Shown here in pieces: positions 31,341-40,242 of a DNA stretch of 64,000 nt. The notes under the pieces were generated by a model. That model was given only the letters and a program-made list of their open reading frames with translations. It ran no database searches and was not told where the DNA came from. The DNA lies in the NCBI GenBank assembly GCA_963727625.1, contig CAVSHR010000003.1, positions 160,001-224,000 on the forward strand, in the 5' to 3' direction. This DNA comes from an uncultured delta proteobacterium (GTDB taxonomy: Bacteria > Desulfobacterota > Binatia > UBA9968). Each line of letters opens with the position of its first letter. The first letter of the stretch is position 1. A program made the position numbers and the translations under genes.

Positions 31341-32492
31341 TCAGCGGTTTGCCTTTCGGTAACCCAACACGTCTTGCGCGATAATGAGCTTTTGAATGTT
31401 CACCGAACCTTCGACGATTTGATAGGACTTGGCATCGCGGTAATAACGTTCAACGGGAAATTCCGTCGAATAACCGTAGGCGCCGAGCATTTTGAGCGCG
31501 GCGTCGGCGGAGAATGCCGCGGCTTCGGCACCGGCGTATTTCGCCATCGAGGCCTCCCAGTTGTAGGGTTGGCTGCGGTCAGCTAGACAGGCTGCGCGGT
31601 AAACCAGCAGACGGGCCGCTTCTTCCTGTACGATCATCTGCGCGATGAGATCTTGGTTCATTTGAAACTGGCCGATCTTTTGACCGAACTGCTCGCGCTG
31701 ATTGGCATAGCTCACTGCCGCCTCGCGGGCGGCCTTGGCGAGTCCGATGGCGCCGGCGGCGCAGCCTAGGCGCGTGTGATTCAAGTGGCGCATGCAGATT
31801 TTGAAGCCGTCGCCTTCTTGACCGATGAGATTCTCCGCGGGAATTTTAAAATTGTCGAAGGTTAACTCGCCGGTGGGCGAGGCATGCGCGCCCAACTTGT
31901 CGAGGTCGCGGCGGGTCACACCGGGCTGATTCAAGTCCGCATAGAAGGCCGACATGCCGCGATGCTTCTGCGCGCGGTCGGTGTACGCAAAGAGGATGCC
32001 GGCGTCGGCCACGGTGGCATTGGTGATCCAGATTTTGGTGCCGTCGAGGCGATAGTAGTTGCCGTCGCGCCTGGCAGTAGTCTTCATCGCCGCCACATCC
32101 GAGCCGGCGTCGGGTTCGGTGATGGCGAATAATCCCACGGATTCGCCGCTTAGAAATCCCGGTATATGTCTAGTCTTTTGCTGTTCGTTGCCGAACTCGA
32201 AAATCGTCACGGCCGGACCGGCTTGCATATTCAAATAAACCCGAATGGCGCTGTGAACGCGCGCGATTTCTTCCGAAATCAGAGCGTGGGCGAGGAAGCC
32301 GAGACCGTTGCCGCCGTACTCTTCGGGAATCAAACAGCCGTAGAATCCCAACTCGCCCATTTTGATCACTAGATCTTTGCGAAAAATATGTTCCCGGTCG
32401 TCCTTCGTTGCGCTCGGAGCGATCTCTTTCTCGGAAAAGTCACGCGCTAATTTCTGAACTTCGGCCAACTCTTCCGGCAGCTCAAAATCCAT
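31341..32492 (-). CDS. acd: Acyl-CoA dehydrogenase, non-decarboxylating glutaryl-CoA dehydrogenase type
   Basis: ITEPDAGSD; KLGAHASPTGEL, LNHTRL, FQMNQDLIAQM, LGAYGYSTE and C-terminal LGYRKANR match my recollection of the Desulfococcus glutaconyl-CoA-forming enzyme. Confidence 0.75.
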   Translation of the reverse strand: MDFELPEELAEVQKLARDFSEKEIAPSATKDDREHIFRKDLVIKMGELGFYGCLIPEEYGGNGLGFLAHALISEEIARVHSAIRVYLNMQAGPAVTIFEFGNEQQKTRHIPGFLSGESVGLFAITEPDAGSDVAAMKTTARRDGNYYRLDGTKIWITNATVADAGILFAYTDRAQKHRGMSAFYADLNQPGVTRRDLDKLGAHASPTGELTFDNFKIPAENLIGQEGDGFKICMRHLNHTRLGCAAGAIGLAKAAREAAVSYANQREQFGQKIGQFQMNQDLIAQMIVQEEAARLLVYRAACLADRSQPYNWEASMAKYAGAEAAAFSADAALKMLGAYGYSTEFPVERYYRDAKSYQIVEGSVNIQKLIIAQDVLGYRKANR

Positions 32493-33648
32493 GTCGGCGC
32501 TCCTTGTGCAAAAGGCTCTTAGCGATCACGAGCTTTTGAATTTCCGAGGAACCTTCATAGATGCGCAGGGCGCGCACGTCGCGGTAAAGTCGTTCCATAA
32601 CGTTTCCTGCCACGACACCGTTGCCGCCGTGAATCTGTAGCGCCTGGTCGACGATTCGCTGCGCCGCTTCCGTGGCGAAGAGCTTGGCGATAGATGACTT
32701 GAGCGGCAGATCCGGTCCCTCCATGTCATGTGTCCAGGCAGCCTGATAAACGAGAAGACGGGACGCCTCTAAATCGGCCGCCATCTCGGCGATCTTAAAT
32801 TGAATCCCCTGAAATTCGCCGATGGCGCGGCCGAACTGCCGTCGGTTTTGGCTGTAAGAAATCGCTTCCGCCAAGGCTCTGCGGGCGAAACCGACAGCGG
32901 CGGCGCCGACGCTGCAGCGCAGGGTGTCAAGGGTCCGATAAGCGATAGTCAGTCCATCTCCTTCGCCGCCGAGCATTTGTTGTCGCGGCACGAAACAGTT
33001 TTCAAAGGCCACGACGCCGATCGGGTGAGGGGAAAGCAACCGAGTTTTTTCCTTGACCGTGAAGCCGGGAGAATTGGCTTCTACGATAAAAGCGCTAACG
33101 CCCTTGGCCTTCGCACCGGGGTCTGATGAGGCGAAAACGATGTAGGTGTGCGCGATGCCGGCGTTGGAGATGAAGCATTTAATCCCGTCTAAACAGTAAC
33201 CGTCGCGGACTTTTGTCGCCCGTGTGCTAATGGCCGAAGCGTCGGACCCGGCTTCAGGCTCGGTGAGCGCGAAAGCCGCGATGTTTTCCGCGGTCGCTGC
33301 CGGCGGCAAGTACTTCTTCTTTTGCTCTTCCGAGCCGGAGACGACGATCGGGTAACTGCCGAGGGCTTGAACACCGAACATGACGTCTGCCAGGGCTGAA
33401 CAAGAGGCGAGTTCTTCGCGGATCACGCAAAGGTCGCGAGCCTGAACGGTTGCACGGAGGCCTCCGTATTGACCCGGAACCACATAACCCATGAAACCGT
33501 CTTGGCCGAGTTGTCGCGCGAGCCGGATGGCGTCGCGCTCAAGCGTTTCTGGATCAGACTCAAGATTCAGCGCATTGCGATGCGACCATGAACTGAGCCT
33601 TTCACGTAGTGTGCGAGCTTGATCATCGTCTAAAAAGTCCATGATCAA
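32482..33648 (-). CDS. Acyl-CoA dehydrogenase (family found in 2-aminobenzoyl-CoA abm clusters)
   Basis: DLCVIREELA...LADVMFGVQALGS, FALTEPEAGSD, SPHPIG, YRDVRALRIYEG. Confidence 0.85.
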   Translation of the reverse strand: MIMDFLDDDQARTLRERLSSWSHRNALNLESDPETLERDAIRLARQLGQDGFMGYVVPGQYGGLRATVQARDLCVIREELASCSALADVMFGVQALGSYPIVVSGSEEQKKKYLPPAATAENIAAFALTEPEAGSDASAISTRATKVRDGYCLDGIKCFISNAGIAHTYIVFASSDPGAKAKGVSAFIVEANSPGFTVKEKTRLLSPHPIGVVAFENCFVPRQQMLGGEGDGLTIAYRTLDTLRCSVGAAAVGFARRALAEAISYSQNRRQFGRAIGEFQGIQFKIAEMAADLEASRLLVYQAAWTHDMEGPDLPLKSSIAKLFATEAAQRIVDQALQIHGGNGVVAGNVMERLYRDVRALRIYEGSSEIQKLVIAKSLLHKERRHGF

Positions 33649-33660
33649 CAGCCAGCGGTG

Positions 33661-34110
33661 TCAGCTGGAAATTTCCTTTTGATAATGCAGCATTTTGCCC
33701 TGGACGAAGCCGAGCCGGCTGAAAAAATCCTGCATTTCATTCTGGCTGTTGCTCACCAGGGTGAAGATGGTCTTGATACCGTGGTCTTCAGCCGATTCGG
33801 CGAATTGACCGACTAATTCCTGAGCAATTCCCTTGCGGCGATAGGCTGGGTCAACACCGATTATTTCAATCCACGCTACGGTCCCCGGCAATCCAAATTC
33901 AAATTCACCGGCCCGCCCCAATACAAACCCGACCACGCGGTTGTCGCGTTCGGCCACCAAAGAGGCCCAGTGGGGCCGAATAGCTTCGGAGATTTCGATT
34001 CTCTTCTCCCAGTACTCGGGCCGCGCCACCCCGGTCTGGCGCTCCTCCATGCTGACGATCGCAGGGAGATCGCGCTTCTCCAGATTTCTGACATAGATCT
34101 CTTTTTTCAT
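33661..34110 (-). CDS. GNAT N-acetyltransferase, BadL-like
   Basis: LVAERDNRVVGFVLG..EFGL...WIEIIGVDPAYRRKGIA, as in GNATs of benzoyl-CoA reductase clusters. Confidence 0.8.
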   Translation of the reverse strand: MKKEIYVRNLEKRDLPAIVSMEERQTGVARPEYWEKRIEISEAIRPHWASLVAERDNRVVGFVLGRAGEFEFGLPGTVAWIEIIGVDPAYRRKGIAQELVGQFAESAEDHGIKTIFTLVSNSQNEMQDFFSRLGFVQGKMLHYQKEISS

Positions 34111-34133
34111 AGGCTTTTCCTCTCGCTTCGAGC

Positions 34134-34928
34134 TTAACTCCGGTTAAAACGCTGCGGTCGTTTCTCGACGAAGGAATTGTATCCCTCCACGAAGTCCGCG
34201 GTTTCCATGCACCTCGCCTGGGCTGCCGCTTCCATTTCCAGCGCAGTTTCTAGATTGATGTTCGCTTCATATTCGAGAAGCTCCTTGGTGACTCCCAGCG
34301 CGTACAGCGGCCCGTCCTTCAATCGATTTGCCCACTTGTAAGTTTCATCCATCAAAGCATCAGCCGGCACGACGCGATTGGCCAAACCGATACGGTGCGC
34401 CTCCTGGGCATCGATGGTATCGCCGAAGTAGACCAGCTCGGTGGCTTTGCCCAGGCCGACGATTCTCGGCAACAAGTACAGCGCGCCCATATCGGCGCCT
34501 GATAGACCCACTTTTACGAATAGAAAAGCCGCACGTGCTTTGTCGGAGAAGAGGCGCAAGTCCGAGGCGAGCATGAGCATCGCGCCAGCGCCGGCGGCGA
34601 TGCCGTTGACTGCGGCGATGATCGGCTTCTTTAAGGCGCGCATGTTTTTGATGACGTTGCAGGTCATGCGCGTGAAATTATAGAGTTCGTCGCCTTTCAT
34701 CTTGAGCAGCGGCCCGATGATGTCGTCGACCCGGCCGCCGGAACAAAAACCTTTGCCGGCTCCGGTCAGCACAACGACCTTGACCGTGTTGTCATGGGCC
34801 ATTTCCGCCGTGAGTTTTTCCAATTCGGCGTAAGTCTGGAAGGTCAGCGCATTGAGTCTTTCGGGATCGTTTAGGCGTATCGTTGCAATTCCTTCGTTGT
34901 TCTCAAAAACAAAACTCGAATAACTCAT
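34134..34928 (-). CDS. Enoyl-CoA hydratase family protein (abm-cluster type)
   Basis: NALTFQTY, FCSGG..DIIGPL, FLFVKVGLSGADMGA..LLPRIVG. Confidence 0.88.
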   Translation of the reverse strand: MSYSSFVFENNEGIATIRLNDPERLNALTFQTYAELEKLTAEMAHDNTVKVVVLTGAGKGFCSGGRVDDIIGPLLKMKGDELYNFTRMTCNVIKNMRALKKPIIAAVNGIAAGAGAMLMLASDLRLFSDKARAAFLFVKVGLSGADMGALYLLPRIVGLGKATELVYFGDTIDAQEAHRIGLANRVVPADALMDETYKWANRLKDGPLYALGVTKELLEYEANINLETALEMEAAAQARCMETADFVEGYNSFVEKRPQRFNRS

Positions 34929-34960
34929 CCGGTGCTTCTCCTTGCATCTAGCGTTTCGAT

Positions 34961-35740
34961 TCAGGCCATCACCGCGCCGCCATCGACCTGGATGCCCTGG
35001 CCGGTAATCCCTCTAGCGCGATCTGATGCGAGCATCAACGTCACGTACGCCACTTCTTGCGGTTCGATCAGGCGCCGCTGCGGGCAACTCGCCGCCAGCA
35101 GTCCGATCGCTTCATCCAGGGACTGGCCGCGTTTTTCCGCCATGCGTCGCGCGTTGTCACGGGTCAATTCAGTGTTGACGTAGCCGGGGCATACGGCATT
35201 GACGGTCACGCCCGACCTCGCGGTTTCGATCGCCAGAGAGCGGGTCAGGCCGAGAAGCGCGTGTTTCGATGTGGCATAGGCGGCAATTTGCGGGTAGGCG
35301 ACCCGCGCTACCGTCGAAGCGATATTGATAATCCGACCCCATCGCGCGCTGACCATTGGCCGCAAAAAAGCTTTGCAGCAGTTGTAGGCGGCGCTCAGAT
35401 TGACGCGCATGACTTCTTCCCAAAGACTATCCGGCATTTCGAGAAAGGCCGCCGCCGGCGCGATGCCGACGTTGTTCACGAGGATTTGCACCTCGCCGAA
35501 ACGACTTTCGATCTGGCGCTGTAAATTTTCGACCTCGGTTTTTTTTGTCACGTCGCAGGTCGTTGCCATCAGTTCGGCGCCGTGGCTGTCTACTTCCGCG
35601 GCGAGCTGGTCAAGGGTCTCCGCCGTTCTGCCGGTTACGACCAGCCGGCTTTTCTCCGCGGCAAATGCCAGAGCAATGGCCCTACCGATGCCGCGCCCGG
35701 CGCCGGTCACCAGAACGACTTTGCCGCATAGATCTTTCAT
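34961..35740 (-). CDS. SDR family 3-hydroxyacyl-CoA dehydrogenase-like protein
   Basis: TGAGRGIG, VNNVG, YATSK, NAVCPGY. Confidence 0.9.
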   Translation of the reverse strand: MKDLCGKVVLVTGAGRGIGRAIALAFAAEKSRLVVTGRTAETLDQLAAEVDSHGAELMATTCDVTKKTEVENLQRQIESRFGEVQILVNNVGIAPAAAFLEMPDSLWEEVMRVNLSAAYNCCKAFLRPMVSARWGRIINIASTVARVAYPQIAAYATSKHALLGLTRSLAIETARSGVTVNAVCPGYVNTELTRDNARRMAEKRGQSLDEAIGLLAASCPQRRLIEPQEVAYVTLMLASDRARGITGQGIQVDGGAVMA

Positions 35741-35743
35741 GGG

Positions 35744-36523
35744 TCAGTCGCCGGTAAAGTTCGGTTTGCGTTTCTCCAAAAACGCTTTAGTTCCCTCGGC
35801 CAGATCCTGGGTGTGCGCGATCGCGCCGAAAGTTCGCGCTTCGAATTCAAGGCCCGCCGCCAAGCCGACATCCAGGCTACGATTGATCAGCATCTTCGAG
35901 GCTTGCAGGGCGAGACGCGGCAAGGCGGCCAGCTTGGCGGCGAGACTGTTCGCTTCCGCCAAATACGTTCCCGTCGGCGCGACTTTCATGACCAAGCCCG
36001 CGGCCAGCGCTTCTTGGGCCGTGATCGGATCGCCGGTGAGAATCATTTCTTTGGCCTTGGCGATGCCGATCAAACGCCCCAGTCTTTGCGTGCCGCCGCC
36101 GCCGGGAAAAGCGCCGATCTTGATTTCCGGGAGCCCAAAGCGCGCGCTCTCCGAAGCGATGCGAAAATCGGCGGCCAAAGCCAATTCGCAACCGCCGCCG
36201 AGGGCAAATCCCGAAATTGCCGCAATCACCGGTTGAGGCAGCGATTCAACTTGGTCAAAAAGGATTTGAAATTCCCGTGCGTGGTGATAAGAGGACTCGG
36301 CGTTGGCGGGACCGCCCATTTCGCCGATGTCCGCACCGGCGCAAAAGATTTCGTCACTCCCGGTAATGACGACCGCTCGTATCGCCGGTTTGCGCGCCAG
36401 TTCGTGCAGTAGGCTCTCCATTTCTTGGCGCATCTGCGTATTAAACGAATTTTTCTTTTCCGGCCGGTTCAACCGGATTGTCGCGACCGCACCGTCCTCT
36501 TGAAATTGCAGGGTTTGATACAT
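35744..36523 (-). CDS. Enoyl-CoA hydratase (crotonase)
   Basis: FCAGADI, ALGGGCELA, FGLPEIKIG..PGGGGTQRL (both catalytic Glu present). Confidence 0.92.
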   Translation of the reverse strand: MYQTLQFQEDGAVATIRLNRPEKKNSFNTQMRQEMESLLHELARKPAIRAVVITGSDEIFCAGADIGEMGGPANAESSYHHAREFQILFDQVESLPQPVIAAISGFALGGGCELALAADFRIASESARFGLPEIKIGAFPGGGGTQRLGRLIGIAKAKEMILTGDPITAQEALAAGLVMKVAPTGTYLAEANSLAAKLAALPRLALQASKMLINRSLDVGLAAGLEFEARTFGAIAHTQDLAEGTKAFLEKRKPNFTGD

Positions 36524-36582
36524 TCCTTCCTCATTTGAAGAATATCGTTTAATGAATACTTATGCTTGTTGACCGAGCGCCA

Positions 36583-36830
36583 TTACGGGTATCGCCCGTA
36601 TACCGCTCTGTCCGGATAAACCTTTTGCCAATACTGAGCCGATTCCAACAACTCACGGCAGGCCTTGTTGCAGATCGCTGCTCGGCCAAACCTGCGCCAT
36701 CGCAAGCCAGAACATCCAACGCATGACCGCGCAGCTGAGGATAGGCTTGCAACCGGACGCTATGACTGAGCTTATCGAGCGGACATTTCAACGAGAGGAC
36801 GTAATCGGCGGATAAAAATCTACACATCAT
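36583..36830 (-). pseudogene. Small Cys-rich protein with a probable single-base frameshift near 36677
   Basis: GGAAAGG RBS; MMCRFL...KCPLD...DVLACDGAGLAEQ, then a shifted frame reads ICNKACRELLESAQYWQKVYPDRAVYGRYP-stop. Confidence 0.5.
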
Positions 36831-36848
36831 GGCCTTTTACCTTTCCTC

Positions 36849-37703
36849 TCACTTTAGATTGAAGAGCTCCGCCGCGTTATCGCGCAGCAGTTTACGCTTG
36901 GTGGTTTCTTTCAACCCCATCTCTTCCCACTGATCGAGACTCTCTTTCCAGGGCAGGCCGTTGGTTCCCCAAAGACAACGATCCAGACCCATGCGGCTGT
37001 TAATATAATGAATAATCTCGGGCTTGAGATATTTTGGCATCCAGGCGTCGACGCCGAAGTAAACGTTGTCCCATTTGTAGCAGACCGAAATCAGCTCCTC
37101 GACCCAGGGCCAACCGGTATGGGCGCCAATGATCTTGAGGTCGGGAAAATCGCTGGCGATACGATCCAGATAAATCGGCCGTGCATGCTCGCTAGGCATC
37201 GCTTCGAGAACATGCCCCACTTGCATCGACACCGGCACATTAAGCTCCACGCACTTGGCATAGAGCGGATACATTTTGGCGTCGTGCAACGGGATGTCGA
37301 AACCGTAGATGTGAATATAAACACCCTTGAAACCATGGACCTTGATCGCTTGCTCCAGTTCCTGCAACGACTCCTTGATTCGGAATGGATTGTAACTGGC
37401 AAGGCCGACAAAGCGGTTTGGATAACGAGTCGTGTATTGCGCGACTTCTTCCAGGGTCGTGTCCATGTACATCCACTTGTTGCGGTACGACCACATCTTG
37501 CACTGGGTGATGAAAACCTTGTCGACGCCCGCTTCGTCCATCTTGGCGATCATCGCCTCGATGCTGTCGTACTGCGGCAGGCCGCCGATGGCCTTCTCCA
37601 TACGGCAGATGAGCTCGCCCTTTTTCGCCTCGTTCCACTTGGCGATGAATTCCGGCGTCGCGACGTAATACATGATGTCGATGGCTTTGATGTCGTTTCG
37701 CAT
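36849..37703 (-). CDS. Amidohydrolase family protein (possible C-C or C-N hydrolase)
   Basis: TIM-barrel motifs VYIHIYG, YPLYAKC, QVGH, IGAHTGWPW, WGTN; atypical N-terminal metal motif (IDIMYY). Confidence 0.85.
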   Translation of the reverse strand: MRNDIKAIDIMYYVATPEFIAKWNEAKKGELICRMEKAIGGLPQYDSIEAMIAKMDEAGVDKVFITQCKMWSYRNKWMYMDTTLEEVAQYTTRYPNRFVGLASYNPFRIKESLQELEQAIKVHGFKGVYIHIYGFDIPLHDAKMYPLYAKCVELNVPVSMQVGHVLEAMPSEHARPIYLDRIASDFPDLKIIGAHTGWPWVEELISVCYKWDNVYFGVDAWMPKYLKPEIIHYINSRMGLDRCLWGTNGLPWKESLDQWEEMGLKETTKRKLLRDNAAELFNLK

Positions 37704-37718
37704 GGCTACCTCAAAATA

Positions 37719-37798
37719 AAATGGATAATTGAAAATTGAAGATGATAACTCAAAATTTGACGTTTCATTTAATTATCCATTCTCCATTATCAATTTTC
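37719..37798. repeat. AT-rich inverted repeat with heptamer periodicity
   Basis: AATGGATAATT...AATTATCCATT plus AATTGAA-AATTGAA and TCCATTC-TCCATTA-TCAATTT. Confidence 0.6.
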
Positions 37799-38563
37799 TT
37801 ACACCATCGTCAGCCCGCCGCTCACGCTCAATGTTTGTCCGGTGATAAATTCTGCCGCCGGCGACGTGAAAAAAAACACCGCCTCGGCGATTTCTTCGGG
37901 TTTCGCCGGACGCCGAAAGGGTGTGGCTTTGGTCACCGCTTCGATGATCTTTGCGGTTTGTTCCGATTGACTCCTGACGGCTTGTAACAGAGGAGTCTCT
38001 GTAAGCCCAGGGCAGACGACGTTGACGTTGATCTTATAGCGCGCGACTTCGCGCGCTATCGTTTTAGAAAACGCGATCACCGCCCCTTTGGAACCGGCAT
38101 ACACCGCTTCCCAACTTGAGCCGACGCGCCCGGCGTCGGAGGCGATGTTGACGATCTTGCCGCCGCCGCGAGAGATCATCTGGGGCAAAACGGCTTTGGC
38201 AGTGTAAAGCACAGACTTGAAATTGATCGCCAACAGTTTCTCCCAGGTCTCTTCGTTGCTTTCCACGAAGGGTTCCAAACGATCCCAACCCTGGCAGTTG
38301 ACTAAAATGTCGACCTGCCCGAAGCGCGCGAGAATCTCGCTCACCATGCGATCCACATCAATTTTCTTGGTCAGATCGACCTGGCAAGCCAGCGCGTCGA
38401 CGCCGAGAGCTTTAACTTCAGCGCTGACTTTCTCGGCATTATCCGTGGCGATATCCGCAATCGCGGTTTTCGCGCCGGCACGAGCCAATGCCAGGGCCAC
38501 CGCTCGTCCGATACCTCCACCACCGCCGGAAATCAAAGCGACTTTTCCTTGAAGCTCCTTCAT
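37799..38563 (-). CDS. badH: SDR, 2-hydroxycyclohexanecarboxyl-CoA dehydrogenase (BadH)-like
   Basis: SGGGGGIG, GWD, NIASDAGRVGSS.EAVY, NVVCPG, C-terminal LSVSGGLTM as in R. palustris BadH. True start at 38563. Confidence 0.75.
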   Translation of the reverse strand: MKELQGKVALISGGGGGIGRAVALALARAGAKTAIADIATDNAEKVSAEVKALGVDALACQVDLTKKIDVDRMVSEILARFGQVDILVNCQGWDRLEPFVESNEETWEKLLAINFKSVLYTAKAVLPQMISRGGGKIVNIASDAGRVGSSWEAVYAGSKGAVIAFSKTIAREVARYKINVNVVCPGLTETPLLQAVRSQSEQTAKIIEAVTKATPFRRPAKPEEIAEAVFFFTSPAAEFITGQTLSVSGGLTMV

Positions 38564-39390
38564 GCGACCCTCGCTTCCTCGACCGGACTCGTTTTCTCGG
38601 CGCGCAGTTTTTCGAGGCGGCGTAGCGCCAAGAGGGCGGCCCCCAAAGCGCCGACGAGTTCGGGTTCCTCGCTTACGTTGATCTTTCTTTTGAGCGTTTC
38701 CTCCAGCGCTTTGACCATGCCTTTTTGCCGAGCCACGCCGCCGACGAAGGTAACCTCGTCTTCCATACCGGAGCGCTTGAGCAACGCCAAGGCCCGCGAA
38801 GCAAGCGAGTTGTGCACGCCGCGGAGAATATTTTCGATAGTCTCTCCGTTTGAGACGTGATTGATAATCTCCGATTCGGCCAAGACTGCGCAGACGCTGC
38901 TGATGGTCTGCGGCTTCTTCGCTTGAATCGAGAGATCCCCGACTTGCTCGATTCCGACCTCGAGATACTTGCAGGCGCGTTCGATGAAGCCGCCGGCCCC
39001 CGCAGCGCACTTGTCGTTGGTGCGGAACTCGCGCACCTTGCCGGTGTCGGTGACCCGCAGCGCTCGCGTGCTTTGCGCGCCGATGTCGAGCACGCAGCGG
39101 GTCTTGGGAAAGAGAAAAACCGCGCCTCGGCCGACGCAAGTAATATCGGTAATCTGCACGTCGCGAAAGGGGACGTTATAGCGACCGAAGCCGGTGGTGG
39201 CTATGTAATTGATGTCGTTATCCTTGAGCCCCGCTTCTTGAAGCGCCAAGTCCAACACCTCCCGGGCGACCGCGGCGAAATCCGGCCGGGTTTTGACGGA
39301 TGCTCTGGCGCAAATACGCCTGTCCCCATCCATGATCACCGCCTTGGTCGACTTTGCGCCCATGTCAATGCCAGCGACAAAAGTCATCAT
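38560..39390 (-). CDS. bcrD: Class I aryl-CoA reductase ATPase (ASKHA) subunit, BcrD/BzdP-like
   Basis: GIDMGAKSTK, TTGFGR, LDIGAQ, NDKCAAGAG, SVCAVLAESE. Confidence 0.75.
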   Translation of the reverse strand: MMTFVAGIDMGAKSTKAVIMDGDRRICARASVKTRPDFAAVAREVLDLALQEAGLKDNDINYIATTGFGRYNVPFRDVQITDITCVGRGAVFLFPKTRCVLDIGAQSTRALRVTDTGKVREFRTNDKCAAGAGGFIERACKYLEVGIEQVGDLSIQAKKPQTISSVCAVLAESEIINHVSNGETIENILRGVHNSLASRALALLKRSGMEDEVTFVGGVARQKGMVKALEETLKRKINVSEEPELVGALGAALLALRRLEKLRAEKTSPVEEARVA

Positions 39391-39408
39391 GCCTCCTTAA
39401 AATAAGCG

Positions 39409-40242
39409 TCAGGCAGTCGGCTCTGCCTGGATCGCTGTTGCCTGGGGCTTTTCCCCTGTTGCCTTCGTGGCGCGCTCCAGGGCGAAGATGCTTGCGCCCA
39501 GTGCGCCGACGAAATGAGAATCCGGACTGACGTTGAGCTTCATACCGAGTTTTTCTTCGAGCGCACGCACCATGCCGATGTTGAGCGACACGCCGCCGGT
39601 GAAAGTCACTTCAGGTTCAATGCCGACACGCCGCACCAGTGAAATGGTCCGCGCGGCGATAGCGCTGTGCACGCCGCCGAGGATATCCTCGGTTTTTTTG
39701 CCTTGGGCGAGGTAGGACATGATGTCAGACTCGACGAAAACCGTGCAGACGGTGGTCAGGCGCACGGGATTTCGCGCTTGGAGCGAGATATCGCCGATAT
39801 CGCCCAAGCCCATGCCCAAAGCCTCGGCGGCGCTGGCAAGAAATCTTCCGGTGCCGGCGGCGCACTTGTCGTTCATGACGAAGTCCTTGACATCGCCGTC
39901 GATGCCGATTTTGATGCCCTTGGCATCCTGGCCGCCCATGTCGATCACCGTGCGCGTGTTGGGAAAAAGATAACTCGCGCCGCGCGCATGGCAGCTGATC
40001 TCGGTGATCTGGGCGTCGCCGAAGGTCACTTTGTAGCGGCCGTACCCGGTGCCCACTACGTAAGCGACATCTTCCCGTTTGACTCCCGATTTTTGCAGCG
40101 CTTCGACGAAGCACCTTTCGGCGGCCCGGGTGACGTAAGCGCCGGTGTCGGTCAAGGCTCGGGCGATGATCTCAAACTTGTCGTTGAGTATAATTCCTTT
40201 GGTCTGAGTCGAGCCAACATCGATCCCTGCGGCGTAAATCAT
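39409..40242 (-). CDS. bcrA: Class I aryl-CoA reductase ATPase subunit, short BcrA/BzdQ-like
   Basis: [49 protein letters not shown]. Confidence 0.75.
   Translation of the reverse strand: MIYAAGIDVGSTQTKGIILNDKFEIIARALTDTGAYVTRAAERCFVEALQKSGVKREDVAYVVGTGYGRYKVTFGDAQITEISCHARGASYLFPNTRTVIDMGGQDAKGIKIGIDGDVKDFVMNDKCAAGTGRFLASAAEALGMGLGDIGDISLQARNPVRLTTVCTVFVESDIMSYLAQGKKTEDILGGVHSAIAARTISLVRRVGIEPEVTFTGGVSLNIGMVRALEEKLGMKLNVSPDSHFVGALGASIFALERATKATGEKPQATAIQAEPTA

Noticed and set aside
37799-39139. 446-aa ORF as an N-terminally extended SDR
   Set aside because: The extension overlaps the bcrD-like gene in another frame; the RBS-supported start is 38563.
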